A DNA stretch of 56,715 bases, taken from an uncultured Lachnospiraceae bacterium. Lineage in GTDB: Bacteria; Bacillota; Clostridia; Lachnospirales; Lachnospiraceae. The DNA lies in the NCBI GenBank assembly GCA_946536155.1, contig CAMNEB010000001.1, forward strand, positions 1 to 56,715, in the 5' to 3' direction. Shown here piece after piece: positions 9,176 to 19,377 of this stretch (positions within the stretch are counted from its first letter, which is position 1; the number at the start of each line of letters is the position of its first letter). The notes beneath the pieces are model-generated. The model was given only the letters and a program-made list of their open reading frames with translations, had not been told where the DNA came from and made no database searches. The position numbers and the translations under genes are program-made.

Positions 9176-10366
9176 GGACTGTGTGCGGTGCGGAAGTCTC
9201 TTCATGCCCCATGCGGCTATCAGTACACCTGCTGCGCATACGGCGCATCCTGTTATCAGCATGGGCCTTATCCCGAAATGATCCAGCAGCACGCCGCTTA
9301 TCAGATTTGAAAACACGCCGCCCAGAGTGATGGCACTGGTGACATATGCCTGTCCCTTTACCTGGTCCGATTCATCCATCGTACTGCTGACATAGAAGGC
9401 CGCAGCCGGGATGAATACCGCATACGCAAAGAGCTGCACGGACTGGCTTATATACATCCACTTCATATCCGGGGCAAATACCAGTATCAGTATCTTCACA
9501 AAGAATGCGGCTCCCGAAAAAACAAGCATCTTATCAGATGATATCTTCTTAAGGAAAAATCCTATCACCGCCATCACCGGCAGCTCCAGTATCGCCTGCA
9601 GGAAATTCGCATATCCCAGCTGTGTCTCCCCTCCACCCAGATTCCTTATTATCTGGATCATGAAGTCATTGATCATGTTATGCGCAAAATAAAAGCATAT
9701 CGTTCCGAGTAAAAATACGGAAAACGCGGGATATGTCCTCGCAAAATCAAACAGGTTGCCGTGTCCTTTTCCTGATGCGGCAGCTGCTGAAGCCTGCTCC
9801 TTATCTTCTCCCGGCTTTTTAAAGGTAAATACGACAAGCGCCGAGAGGAGCATCGTTATGATATTTACCAAAAGAAGAAGCTTTACTCCGTGTTTTTCGA
9901 CGGCGCCGCCTATAAATGCCGAAGCTACGGCAAAGCTGGCGGAGCCCAGTCCTCTTGCGAGTCCGTAATAGATCCCGCATCCCGCCTTCTGATATTCAAA
10001 ACAGAGGGCGGTCATCACCGGCTGATATGCAAACTGGATCATATATATCAGCGCATATACTATGAAGACCAGCCACTTCACGTTTGAAGCAAATTCCAGT
10101 ATCAGAGATCCCGCCATGATCACAAGTACCGAGATCAGTATGAACCTTCTGTTTGTCAGAGGGCCCGGTTTATCGATGATCCCTGCTATCAGAGGCTGAC
10201 AGACCGCAGAGGTGATATTTGCTATGGCAAGCAGCATTCCGACTTCCGTATTCGTAAATCCGTTTGCCAGCAGATACACCGCAGCCATGGCATGTATCGT
10301 ACAAAACGCCGCAAAGTATGTGACATTTATGAGAGTATATCTGAGTGTCCAAAATCCGTTCTTCAT
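9158..10366 (-). CDS. MFS transporter (oligosaccharide:H+ symporter-like)
   Basis: 402 aa, about 12 TMs. Motifs YGLARGLGSASFA, ELPVM and VKGQ. Confidence 0.85.
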   Translation of the reverse strand: MKNGFWTLRYTLINVTYFAAFCTIHAMAAVYLLANGFTNTEVGMLLAIANITSAVCQPLIAGIIDKPGPLTNRRFILISVLVIMAGSLILEFASNVKWLVFIVYALIYMIQFAYQPVMTALCFEYQKAGCGIYYGLARGLGSASFAVASAFIGGAVEKHGVKLLLLVNIITMLLSALVVFTFKKPGEDKEQASAAAASGKGHGNLFDFARTYPAFSVFLLGTICFYFAHNMINDFMIQIIRNLGGGETQLGYANFLQAILELPVMAVIGFFLKKISSDKMLVFSGAAFFVKILILVFAPDMKWMYISQSVQLFAYAVFIPAAAFYVSSTMDESDQVKGQAYVTSAITLGGVFSNLISGVLLDHFGIRPMLITGCAVCAAGVLIAAWGMKRLPHRTQSAAEDK

Positions 10367-10388
10367 ATTCTTCCGGAGTCTCCTGTTT

Positions 10389-11804
10389 TTACCTGACTAT
10401 CTTGCGCATCCATATTCCGGTGCGGACCATTATAAATCCCACAAAGCTCTTAAGTATATCCACGCTCAGGACGCATGCCATCATCACGGGTACCGAAACA
10501 AGGGTAAACCTGCTCAGGATATATGCCAGCGGAACCGACACGAGCATCATAAAGCATGAATCGAATATCATGGTGATACCCGTCCTTCCGCCCGAGCGGA
10601 TTATAAAATATGTCGCATGCAGGTATGAACAGACAGGCATGAACAATGCATTTAGCAGTATCAGCTTTGCCGCGAGTGTCCGTACCTGATCTGTGGTGTT
10701 GTACAGCAGCGGGAAAAACGGACTTGAAAGCGCCATCAGGACCGCAAATATGCTTCCGCAGAAAACAGTGAAGGCCGTAAGCTTTACGGCATAGTCACGG
10801 GCTTTTTTCATATCCCCGGTTCCGAGGATCTGTCCCACGATTATACCGACCGCGTCACCCATGGCAAGGAACGCGACTCCGAGAAGATTCCAGATGGTAC
10901 TCTCTATGCTGACCGCCGCCACCGCATCAAAGGATCTGTACGAATAACTCTGATTGAGCAGTGTGCATCCCAGGGACCAGAGTCCTTCATTCAGCATGAG
11001 AGGCATGGCTTTTATGAGAAATTTAATGAACAGATGCCCGGGAACATAAAGGCTTTTCAGGGCTCCCTTTATGAAAGGATGCCTGTCCGCATTTCTGTGG
11101 GTATAGACGATCAGGATCAGAAGCTCCATAAATCTGGAGATGACGGTCGCGATAGCGGCACCGTCGGCACCGAGCTCAGGAAGGCCCATATGTCCGTATA
11201 TCAGAAGATAATTGCCTGCCAGATTGACGAACACCGCGGCAAACGAAGCGTACATGGGAACCTTTGTCTCACCCGTCTCCCTTAAGGTGCCCGCATATGC
11301 GTGGGTCACGGCATTTGCAAAAAGACCGATCAGCATGATCTTCAGATACGAGATACCTATGGAAAGCGTCACCGCAGCCTTTGACTGTATGTAGACCACG
11401 CTGCTGTCCCTTGCTTCCGCCTCAAGAAATGCCGCTATGAAACGTCCTCCGAGGAAATACAGCACCGCAACTGCCATCAGGGTTATGGTCATATTGACCA
11501 TGAGCTTTGCCCTGAAGGAATATCTGATACCCTCGTTATCTCCCGTACCGTGATACTGGGCGGTAAAGATACCGATGCCCGCGGATGCTCCGAACACCAG
11601 AAGATAATATACAAAGATCAGCTGGTTTGATATCGCAACGCCCGACACCGCTTCAGTGCCGACACGTCCTATCATCAGATTGTCCAGAAGACCCACAAAA
11701 TTGGAGATCCCGTTCTGGATCATTATGGGCAGAGCGATACCAAGCACAAGCCTGTAAAACTCTCTGTCACCTATCAGTTTGCCTTTTAACTTTCTCTTTT
11801 CCAT
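10389..11804 (-). CDS. MATE family efflux transporter
   Basis: ALPIMIQNGISNFVGLLDNLMIGRVG, LGADGAAIATVISR and GQILG motifs. Confidence 0.92.
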   Translation of the reverse strand: MEKRKLKGKLIGDREFYRLVLGIALPIMIQNGISNFVGLLDNLMIGRVGTEAVSGVAISNQLIFVYYLLVFGASAGIGIFTAQYHGTGDNEGIRYSFRAKLMVNMTITLMAVAVLYFLGGRFIAAFLEAEARDSSVVYIQSKAAVTLSIGISYLKIMLIGLFANAVTHAYAGTLRETGETKVPMYASFAAVFVNLAGNYLLIYGHMGLPELGADGAAIATVISRFMELLILIVYTHRNADRHPFIKGALKSLYVPGHLFIKFLIKAMPLMLNEGLWSLGCTLLNQSYSYRSFDAVAAVSIESTIWNLLGVAFLAMGDAVGIIVGQILGTGDMKKARDYAVKLTAFTVFCGSIFAVLMALSSPFFPLLYNTTDQVRTLAAKLILLNALFMPVCSYLHATYFIIRSGGRTGITMIFDSCFMMLVSVPLAYILSRFTLVSVPVMMACVLSVDILKSFVGFIMVRTGIWMRKIVR

Positions 11805-11855
11805 AAAACCTTTTGACCCTGCCTGTATGCATCATCCGGATCCGCTTTCAGTCCT

Positions 11856-12665
11856 TTATCTTGCCTTGTCCCTGGGGCTTAGTCCGTACCTTTTGACGTA
11901 TGCCCTGTAAAATGACGAATAATCGGAAAAACCGACAGACTCCGCAGCCTCTCCCGCGGGCACACCGTCCCTTATCATATCACCCGCGGCAATGAGCCTC
12001 TTTGCGATGATATATTCCCAGGGTGATGCTCCGGTTGCGCTCCTTATGATCCTGTTCAGTCCGGAGGTGCTGATATAGAAGTTTTCCGCAAGAGCTGGGA
12101 CCGAAATATCCTCATACAGATGATCGTTGATATATTTGAGTATCTTTCCCGCAGGCGCGTTTTTGCCCGCGCGGGATCCTTTTTTGACGGATGAAAAGTC
12201 CCTTCCGATATCCGTCATCATCTGAAGCAGGATCGAATAAGCCTCGACCCTGCGCCCGTAAACATCATCATACTCCGAACTCAGTCTCAAAAACAATTCT
12301 TCATATTCCGGTTTTTCATACAGATTGCAGGTCCCAAGCGCCCTGTCTGTAAAGGGTCTCATTATCCGCCTCTCGGGATCGATATCATCGAAGAGCGAAA
12401 TGGGGAAATTGACCGCAAACCTCTCATAGACCCCGTTGTCCAGAAGCTTCGGTCTGTGGACCTCGCCGGGGCGTATGATCAGCGTGGAACCGTGACTGAG
12501 AACATACTCGGAGCCCTCCACCAGATATCTCGCATTTCCCTCCGCGAAAAAATAGATCTCGCAGCGCTCGTGGATATGCATGGTATAGCCGCTCCCGTCG
12601 CTGTGCTCCTCACGCACATGCCTGGTATAGATATTGTCGGATTCAAATTCTTTTAACAGATCCAT
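11856..12665 (-). CDS. AraC-family transcriptional regulator
   Basis: Cupin sensor domain (HIHERCEIYF...PGEVH) and C-terminal HTH (VGFSDYSSFYRAYVKRYGLSP). Confidence 0.93.
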   Translation of the reverse strand: MDLLKEFESDNIYTRHVREEHSDGSGYTMHIHERCEIYFFAEGNARYLVEGSEYVLSHGSTLIIRPGEVHRPKLLDNGVYERFAVNFPISLFDDIDPERRIMRPFTDRALGTCNLYEKPEYEELFLRLSSEYDDVYGRRVEAYSILLQMMTDIGRDFSSVKKGSRAGKNAPAGKILKYINDHLYEDISVPALAENFYISTSGLNRIIRSATGASPWEYIIAKRLIAAGDMIRDGVPAGEAAESVGFSDYSSFYRAYVKRYGLSPRDKAR

Positions 12666-12808
12666 ACATGCAAGGTATCACTTTGTGAATGGATTTACAA
12701 TCTTTTTGATTTATTTTTCAATTCTAATGCAAATCCCGCCATGATACTCTGAATCCAACGATACGTATCCCTTCAACCTAAACATCATCTATACCACAAG
12801 GAGAAAAA

Positions 12809-13615
12809 ATGAAATTCAGGATAGCGGCATTTGCGGACGAAGCATCATCATCCCTTGATGGACAGATCCGCAATATGAAAGAAAACGGCGTCACACTCCT
12901 AGAGATCCGCGGCGTGGACGGCGAGAACATTTCGGATATCTCCCTTTCAAAGGCATCGGAGGTAAGGGAAAGGCTTGACGAGGCGGGCATAGGCGTATGG
13001 TCTCTGGGTTCGCCCTACGGCAAGATATCTTTGGAAGATGACTTTGATGCGCATCTTAGGAAATTCGAGCACGGACTTAAGCTCTGTGAGGTGCTGGGAG
13101 CAAAGCATATCAGGCTCTTCAGTTTCTACGGCTCCGAGGGAAAGACCGACGAAGTTTTTAAACGACTCGAAAGATTTCTCGATTCTTCAAAGGGAAGCGG
13201 CATCATCCTCTGTCATGAAAACGAAAAGGGAATATACGGTGAAAAAGCACCTAAGTGTCTTGAGATCCACAGACAGTTCCCGGATATCAGAGCGGTCTTC
13301 GATCCCGCAAACTTCATACAGGCGGGCCAGGATACGCTTAAAGCCTGGGAAATGCTCAGGCCCTTCATTGAATATATGCATATAAAGGATGCTCTTCCTG
13401 ACGGATCCGTCGTCCCCGCAGGCAAAGGCACCGGCAATCTCCCCTTCCTCTTATCGGAATATGACGGGGATGTCGTAACCGTAGAGCCCCACCTCACCGT
13501 ATTCGGAGGACTTTCGGAGCTTGAAAGGGAGAAAAAGAGCAGACAGGCATATGCCTATCCCGATCAGGAGACCGCGTTCAAAGCGGCGGTCGATGCACTA
13601 AAAGCTCTTATTTGA
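12809..13615 (+). CDS. Sugar phosphate isomerase/epimerase (xylose isomerase-like TIM barrel)
   Basis: Metal ligands in CHENE, FDPAN, HIKD and VEPH. Confidence 0.88.
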   Translation: MKFRIAAFADEASSSLDGQIRNMKENGVTLLEIRGVDGENISDISLSKASEVRERLDEAGIGVWSLGSPYGKISLEDDFDAHLRKFEHGLKLCEVLGAKHIRLFSFYGSEGKTDEVFKRLERFLDSSKGSGIILCHENEKGIYGEKAPKCLEIHRQFPDIRAVFDPANFIQAGQDTLKAWEMLRPFIEYMHIKDALPDGSVVPAGKGTGNLPFLLSEYDGDVVTVEPHLTVFGGLSELEREKKSRQAYAYPDQETAFKAAVDALKALI

Positions 13616-13639
13616 AAATAAATGCGGAAAGGAAATGAC

Positions 13640-14758
13640 ATGGAAAGGATAAGACTCGGAATACTGGGTGTCGGCAACATGGGACGCGGGCATCTGAAAA
13701 ACGTTGAAGAGGGACTTTGCCCGAATGTATGCGTTACGGCCGTCTGCGATATCGACCCGGACAAACTGAAAGCGGCTGCAGAGATCGCGCCAAAAGCTGC
13801 GGCCTTTACCGACGGTTCGGAAATGTTAAAGAGCGGACTGATCGATGCGGTGCTCATCGCAGTGCCCCACTACGATCATCCGAAATATGCCATGGAAGCT
13901 TTCGAAAACGGCATCCATGTGCTCATAGAAAAGCCCGCCGGCGTCTATACCCGCCAGGTCAGGGAGATGAATGAAGCCGCGGAAAAGAGCGGTCTTAAAT
14001 TTGGTATCATGTTCAACCAGCGCACCAATCCCCTCTATATGAAAGCCCGTCAGATCGTCCGCAGCGGTGAGCTCGGCGAGCCCAAGAGACTGGTCTGGAT
14101 CATCACCAACTGGTACAGGACCCAGAGCTATTATGATTCCGGAACCTGGAGAGCCACATGGGACGGCGAGGGCGGAGGAGTCCTCCTCAATCAGGCGCCC
14201 CACAATCTGGACCTGTGGCAGTGGATCTTCGGCATGCCAAAACGCATAAGGGCATTCTGCTCTGTCGGAAAATACCATGATATCGACGTTGAAGACGATG
14301 TGACCATTTACGGAGAATATGAAAACGGCGCAACGGCGGTCTTCATCTCGACAACGGGAGAAGCCCCCGGAACAAACAGACTGGAGATCTCAGGCGATAA
14401 GGGCAAGATCGTCATAGAAAACGGAATCCTTAAGTGGACAAAGCTAAGGACTCCGGAAAGAGAATTCTGCTTTACCTGCGAATCCGGCTTTGCATCCCCC
14501 GAGACAGAATATGAAGAGTATACAGATGAAGCTCCCGACGGCCATCCCGAGATCCTGAATGATTTTGCGGATTCTGTCCTTAAAGGCACCCCCATGCTCG
14601 CTCCCGGTTATGACGGGATCAATTCTCTCTCCATATCAAATGCGGCATATCTGTCTTCATGGACAGATGCCTGGGCTGATATCCCGGTAAATGAAGAACT
14701 CTTTGAAGAGCACTTAAACAGGCTCCGTGAAAATTCTAAAAAAAAAGCAGGAAAATAA
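13640..14758 (+). CDS. Gfo/Idh/MocA family NAD(P)-dependent oxidoreductase
   Basis: GILGVGNMG, HVLIEKP, GGGVLLNQAPHNLD and VEDD. AAGGAAA RBS before ATG 13640. Confidence 0.92.
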   Translation: MERIRLGILGVGNMGRGHLKNVEEGLCPNVCVTAVCDIDPDKLKAAAEIAPKAAAFTDGSEMLKSGLIDAVLIAVPHYDHPKYAMEAFENGIHVLIEKPAGVYTRQVREMNEAAEKSGLKFGIMFNQRTNPLYMKARQIVRSGELGEPKRLVWIITNWYRTQSYYDSGTWRATWDGEGGGVLLNQAPHNLDLWQWIFGMPKRIRAFCSVGKYHDIDVEDDVTIYGEYENGATAVFISTTGEAPGTNRLEISGDKGKIVIENGILKWTKLRTPEREFCFTCESGFASPETEYEEYTDEAPDGHPEILNDFADSVLKGTPMLAPGYDGINSLSISNAAYLSSWTDAWADIPVNEELFEEHLNRLRENSKKKAGK

Positions 14759-14761
14759 TAA

Positions 14762-14781
14762 AACGGGCCCCGGAGCCCGTT
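14762..14781. terminator. Hairpin between convergent genes (probable terminator)
   Basis: AACGGGC-CCCGGA-GCCCGTT directly after the oxidoreductase stop, flanked by an A-run. Confidence 0.55.
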
Positions 14782-14806
14782 GAAGAACTCAGGAAAAGAT
14801 GGAGGA

Positions 14807-15682
14807 TCAGGTGGTAAAAAGCACTTCTTTGTTTATCCTGTTCAGAACATGCTTTTTATCACCGCTCCAGAGAGGCGCCGTGAGGATCTTCTTATCACCG
14901 TCTCCCGTGAGGCGGTGTATCACGACCCTGTCCGGTATCAGTTTTACGCACTCTTTCAGGATATCTATATATTCATCCTCCGTAAGAACGGAGAATTCTC
15001 CTTTTTCATACATACTCTCAAGGACGGTTCCTTTAAGCACATGCAGGAGCTGAAGCTTTATTCCGTCCGTCCCCGCATCGCATACATACTTAACGGTTTC
15101 ATACATATCATCCCTTGTCTCCCCGGGAAGTCCCAGGATCACATGGGTGATCACCTCGATGCCTCTTTTTTTCAGTTCGGACAAAGCCCTGTCATATACC
15201 TTAAGGTCATAACATCTGTTAATGAGCTTTGCGGTATTTTCATGGATCGTCTGAAGTCCAAGCTCGGTCCATACAGGTTTGATCCGGTTAAGCTCCTCCA
15301 GCAGATCAAGGACCTCCTCAGGCAGACAGTCCGGCCTTGTTGCGATGCTGAGCGCCGCAACATCCGGATGGGCTATCGCCTCTTCATAAAGCTGCCTTAA
15401 TCTTTCTGTGGGTGCGTATGTTCCGGTAAAAGACTGGAAATATGCGATGTATTTTCCGTCCTTTATCTTTGAGGATACCTTTTTTCGGGCCTCTTCTATC
15501 TGGTCCGTGACAGACATCAAAGGATCTGTCGAAAATTCCCCGCTCCCTCCCGCGGAACAAAAAATGCAGCCCCCCGTCCCAACAGTTCCGTCTCGGTTGG
15601 GACAGGTAAAGCCGCCGTTTATCGATATCTTATAAACTTTACATCCGAATCTTTCGCGAAGATATCCGTTCAGCAGAGTCAT
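14807..15682 (-). CDS. TIGR01212/YhcC-family radical SAM protein
   Basis: GFTCPNRDG-x-GGCIFC with the extended Cys spacing of this family. Also YFQSFT, IATRPDC, ELGLQT and VIHRLTGD. Confidence 0.92.
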   Translation of the reverse strand: MTLLNGYLRERFGCKVYKISINGGFTCPNRDGTVGTGGCIFCSAGGSGEFSTDPLMSVTDQIEEARKKVSSKIKDGKYIAYFQSFTGTYAPTERLRQLYEEAIAHPDVAALSIATRPDCLPEEVLDLLEELNRIKPVWTELGLQTIHENTAKLINRCYDLKVYDRALSELKKRGIEVITHVILGLPGETRDDMYETVKYVCDAGTDGIKLQLLHVLKGTVLESMYEKGEFSVLTEDEYIDILKECVKLIPDRVVIHRLTGDGDKKILTAPLWSGDKKHVLNRINKEVLFTT

Positions 15683-16425
15683 TATACGGTCAATCCCTCA
15701 AGGAAGCTCTTTACCTCGGAAGTCACGACATCAAGATGTCTTCCGTAACAATGATCGTCGCCTTCTACAAAGACCGCCCTGCAGTCGGAATATTTTCCCG
15801 CAGCATCCTCAGAATACGATACCGGGACCGCTTCGTCCTCGGTACCGTGGATGATGAGAGTCTTTCCCTTATAACGTCTGATGCACTCATCCACATCTAT
15901 GGTCTGGGCTACTCTTACATAGTTGCCGTCAAGTCCTCTTCCGTCCCAGCTCTTAAGCTCAGCCGGAATGTGATCGGGATCGAAGGGAGTTCCCAGAAGG
16001 TTCCCCTTCTTTGCACCGTCAGCTATCACTATGGCGGGAGAAAGAAGGATCAGCGCCTTTATGACATCCCTCTCCATCGATGCAACAAGGATCGACAAAA
16101 GTCCGCCCTGTGAATGTCCGCAGAGGTAAATATCTGTCACAAAATCAAGAGACTTTGCGTAGTCTATCGCGGTCATGGCATTGGATGCCCATTTGTAGAG
16201 GGTATGTTTTCTGAACTCACCCTCGCTTTTTCCGTGTCCGTACATATCAACGCGCAGGGTTGCGACCCCCGCTTCGTTCATGGCTTCCTGAACCGCCGTG
16301 ATATGTGCTTCCTCGCTGTGTCCCGTAAAGCCGTGGATGATAACGCATATGGGACACTTGTCCACAGGTGCCGCGGGCATATCAAGGTATGCGTTCAGTC
16401 TGATGCCGTCATCTGTCAAAAACAT
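15682..16425 (-). CDS. Feruloyl/cinnamoyl esterase (alpha/beta hydrolase, Est1E/CinI-like)
   Basis: HGFTG oxyanion motif, GHSQGG nucleophile, HGTEDEAV acid and DDHCY His. Closely resembles the recalled Butyrivibrio Est1E sequence along its length. Confidence 0.85.
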   Translation of the reverse strand: MFLTDDGIRLNAYLDMPAAPVDKCPICVIIHGFTGHSEEAHITAVQEAMNEAGVATLRVDMYGHGKSEGEFRKHTLYKWASNAMTAIDYAKSLDFVTDIYLCGHSQGGLLSILVASMERDVIKALILLSPAIVIADGAKKGNLLGTPFDPDHIPAELKSWDGRGLDGNYVRVAQTIDVDECIRRYKGKTLIIHGTEDEAVPVSYSEDAAGKYSDCRAVFVEGDDHCYGRHLDVVTSEVKSFLEGLTV

Positions 16426-16435
16426 ATTAAACCCC

Positions 16436-17233
16436 TTATTTTAAGAGCATTTCGAATTTCTCTTCGTCATGCATGTTGCTGACCACATCGGATATCTCGT
16501 GGACCAGCTTCTCGATCCTGTCATTGGCGATGGAACTGCTCTCAGAGAGCTTGCCCACTTCGTTGGCTACGATGGAGAATCCTCTTCCGTGCTCCCCTGC
16601 TCTTGCCGCTTCTATATTGGCATTAAGAGACAGGATCTTCTGGCTGTTCTGGATCCTCTTGAGCTCCTGAGTGGACTTCATGATCTCGCCTACGATGGAT
16701 GAAGTCTTCTCAACGCCCTCTTTGAGTCCTACCACTATGGACCTTACGTATTTGCGCTCAAACTCCGCGTTGATGAACTCGTTGAGCACCTGTCCGAGAA
16801 GATTGGCTGCGGCATTTATGGATTCTTCGGTGCGTACGTTTACCTTCTGAAGAGCCTTTATATATGTTTCCTCGTCTACGCCTATCTCTCTTGCAATCTT
16901 CCTGAAAGCCTCCTCATCGGGCTCCTCCGGGAGAACCTGGCCTCCGATGACGGAACCCAGCTTTTCACCCTTTACCACAAGATCTATCCCGAAATCGATC
17001 AGTCCGGCATGACAGTGGTAAACTCCGTTTCCTTCTCTGTCACACTTCATGCATCTGCGGAGTCCCTCTTTACTGCCTCTGGTGTATTTGATGCAAAAAT
17101 CGGTGAAGTTATAGCACTGGGATATATATTCGCCGTCGGCATCCACAGCCACGGTAGCAAGTCCGGTAGCTGTTGCCCAGTTTCTCATGATAGCTTCGAA
17201 CTCATCCATATTGACAAAATCCTGAATCTTCAT
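16436..17233 (-). CDS. Soluble chemoreceptor: PocR ligand-binding domain plus MCP signalling domain
   Basis: PocR motifs FTDFC, RCMKCD, YHCHAGLIDF and GGQV. MCP hairpin ILSLNANIEAARAGEHGRGFSIVANEVGKLS. No TM segment. Confidence 0.88.
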   Translation of the reverse strand: MKIQDFVNMDEFEAIMRNWATATGLATVAVDADGEYISQCYNFTDFCIKYTRGSKEGLRRCMKCDREGNGVYHCHAGLIDFGIDLVVKGEKLGSVIGGQVLPEEPDEEAFRKIAREIGVDEETYIKALQKVNVRTEESINAAANLLGQVLNEFINAEFERKYVRSIVVGLKEGVEKTSSIVGEIMKSTQELKRIQNSQKILSLNANIEAARAGEHGRGFSIVANEVGKLSESSSIANDRIEKLVHEISDVVSNMHDEEKFEMLLK

Positions 17234-17337
17234 ACGCCCCGTCCTTTTCCGAATATCTGATCTGCGGTTACCGGTCTAAAGTGAATATATTATACCATAT
17301 CGGCGGGATTTTGGGGTATCAGTCTGTTCGGGGCAGA

Positions 17338-18129
17338 TCAGGCTGCAAGATCTCTTCTGTCAAAATATATGACCGCACCCGCCACGCAGCAAAGAAGTAT
17401 CAAAAGTCCGCACACAACAGCCTTTGCAGGTATTTCACTGCCGGAGAAGATCTCCGATGCATTGACATATGAATAAGGACCTGCGAACAGATAATCCTTC
17501 ATATCGGGAACGATCCTGCCTATCAGATCATATACATAAAAAACAAGCGCGATGCCGATTCCCATACCCATGCGGTTTTTCCCGGAAAGAGACGATATGG
17601 CAAAACAGATTCCGCCGATCTCCGCATTCATCACAAAGCTCATCATCATAAATCTCAGGAATTCCTCAGCAGGGATCTCTTCCCCCAGGATTACAAAGCC
17701 CAGCAGATACAAAAGCCCGCAGATAAGCGTAAAGACCGCGAGATCTATGACCACGCAGAGTCCCTTGGCGAGCAGTACCTTCCTGCGGGATATGGGAAGC
17801 GCGAAGAGGAATTCACCGCTGTGTCCCTCTTCTTCCTTGGATATGATGCCTATGGCAAGTATGGCGGCAAACATTCCTCCGCCCAGTCCGTGGACCGTCC
17901 CGACCTCGGTCGCAAAATATCCCTTTAAGGTGGCGATGCTGAGCGTGCTCATTCCGAATGCATCGGAAAAAGCTCCCATATTTGAAAATGCATCCGCCAT
18001 TTCCTGCATGTCACCCTGCATGCTGCTGTAGAGTAGTATGCAGGCAAGCCCCATGCCGCCCACAGACAATGCCCAGATGAGCAGGGTCTTAAGGTTCATC
18101 TTCATCTCCCGTAAAAATACATATTTCAT
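17338..18129 (-). CDS. ABC-2 type transporter permease
   Basis: About 6 TMs. ISKEEEGHSGEFLFALPISR motif. Confidence 0.88.
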   Translation of the reverse strand: MKYVFLREMKMNLKTLLIWALSVGGMGLACILLYSSMQGDMQEMADAFSNMGAFSDAFGMSTLSIATLKGYFATEVGTVHGLGGGMFAAILAIGIISKEEEGHSGEFLFALPISRRKVLLAKGLCVVIDLAVFTLICGLLYLLGFVILGEEIPAEEFLRFMMMSFVMNAEIGGICFAISSLSGKNRMGMGIGIALVFYVYDLIGRIVPDMKDYLFAGPYSYVNASEIFSGSEIPAKAVVCGLLILLCCVAGAVIYFDRRDLAA

Positions 18130-18133
18130 ATGA

Positions 18134-18823
18134 TCACTCCTCATCTTCATAAAACTTAAGAAACGTATCGTCGTCGATCTTCGGATCGTCCAGCATGGTG
18201 AGCATCCCGTCCCTCATGATCGCGGCATTTTTGCAGTATTTGTTCACCTCTGAGAGAACGTGGGTGGAAAGAAGACATGTGGCACCCTGTGCGACATACC
18301 CGTTTATCAGTTCAAAGAACTTCTTCTGTATCAGCGGATCGAGGCCGCTGGTAGGCTCATCAAAGATAAAAAGCTTCGGCCTGTGCTGCATCGCGCACAC
18401 TATGCTGACCTTTTTCCTGTTTCCGAGGGACAGTTCCTTTATCCGCCTGCCCGTATCGAGCTTGAGTTTTTCGGATATGATCCCCGCTTCCTCCGTACAA
18501 TCCATGCCTCTTACGTCCGCCGCATACCTGATGACATCGGATACCTTCATGGATCCGTAAAACCATGCTTCCGACGGCATGTATCCGCATTCCGCAAGGA
18601 TCTTCCCATGCTCCTTTCTGCTGTCATACCCGAGTATCCTGATCTCACCGGAATCCGGCTTTATGAATCCCAGCATGGACCTGATGGTGGTTGACTTGCC
18701 GGCGCCGTTTGGACCGATGAAACCGAATACATCACCCTCTGCAACCGTAAAGGAGACATCTGTAACTCCCCTGTTTTTTCCGTATGTCTTGGTCAGACCT
18801 TTTATCTCAATAACATTTTTCAT
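18134..18823 (-). CDS. ABC transporter ATP-binding protein
   Basis: GPNGAGKST, LSLGN, FIFDEPTSGLDP and STH. GAAGGGAG RBS before ATG 18823. Confidence 0.92.
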   Translation of the reverse strand: MKNVIEIKGLTKTYGKNRGVTDVSFTVAEGDVFGFIGPNGAGKSTTIRSMLGFIKPDSGEIRILGYDSRKEHGKILAECGYMPSEAWFYGSMKVSDVIRYAADVRGMDCTEEAGIISEKLKLDTGRRIKELSLGNRKKVSIVCAMQHRPKLFIFDEPTSGLDPLIQKKFFELINGYVAQGATCLLSTHVLSEVNKYCKNAAIMRDGMLTMLDDPKIDDDTFLKFYEDEE

Positions 18824-18855
18824 ATGTTCTTCTCCCTTCACCTTATGATTATCAG

Positions 18856-18888
18856 AAAAAAAATACGGGAACAATATCTGTTCCCGTA
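18856..18888 (-). terminator. Intrinsic terminator after the DUF3021 gene
   Basis: TACGGGAACA-5 nt-TGTTCCCGTA followed by T8 on the minus strand. Confidence 0.7.
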
Positions 18889-18909
18889 AAGTGCACTTTA
18901 TGACCGCTA

Positions 18910-19377
18910 TCATTCACTTTTTTTATGTTCCGACTGGAAAAGCTTCAGGTCCTCATTCAGCTTTTTGTCATCTATCTTCCTCTTGGTCCTGTAGATCAGG
19001 ATGACACAGAAGTAGAGAAAGAGCACATACAGCACGAAGATGAGCGTCGCCGGAACGGACCTGTCAAACCATCCGCCAAAATACGACACTCCCGTATATA
19101 TAAGGGTACATACCGCCATTCCGATGATCTCTCTGAAGCCGAATTCTCCGGATTCATCAAAATCCCCGAACAGATACACCTGGAGATATCCTATGACATA
19201 GCAGGTCAGGATCATCTCCGCCATATGGATCATGCCCGCTTCAAATATGCCTCCCGTCATCCTGTATACGCAATAGAAGAAAAGTATCGCAAAAAAATAC
19301 AGGCATGCCTTGAACTCTATCCCTATCTCTGTTGTCAGGTATCTTTCCCAAAGGGAAAGCTTATTATTTTTTTTCAT
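18910..19377 (-). CDS. DUF3021-family membrane protein (LytTR regulatory system inhibitor)
   Basis: About 4 TMs, C-terminal KKLNEDLKLF, directly downstream of a LytTR gene. Confidence 0.75.
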   Translation of the reverse strand: MKKNNKLSLWERYLTTEIGIEFKACLYFFAILFFYCVYRMTGGIFEAGMIHMAEMILTCYVIGYLQVYLFGDFDESGEFGFREIIGMAVCTLIYTGVSYFGGWFDRSVPATLIFVLYVLFLYFCVILIYRTKRKIDDKKLNEDLKLFQSEHKKSE

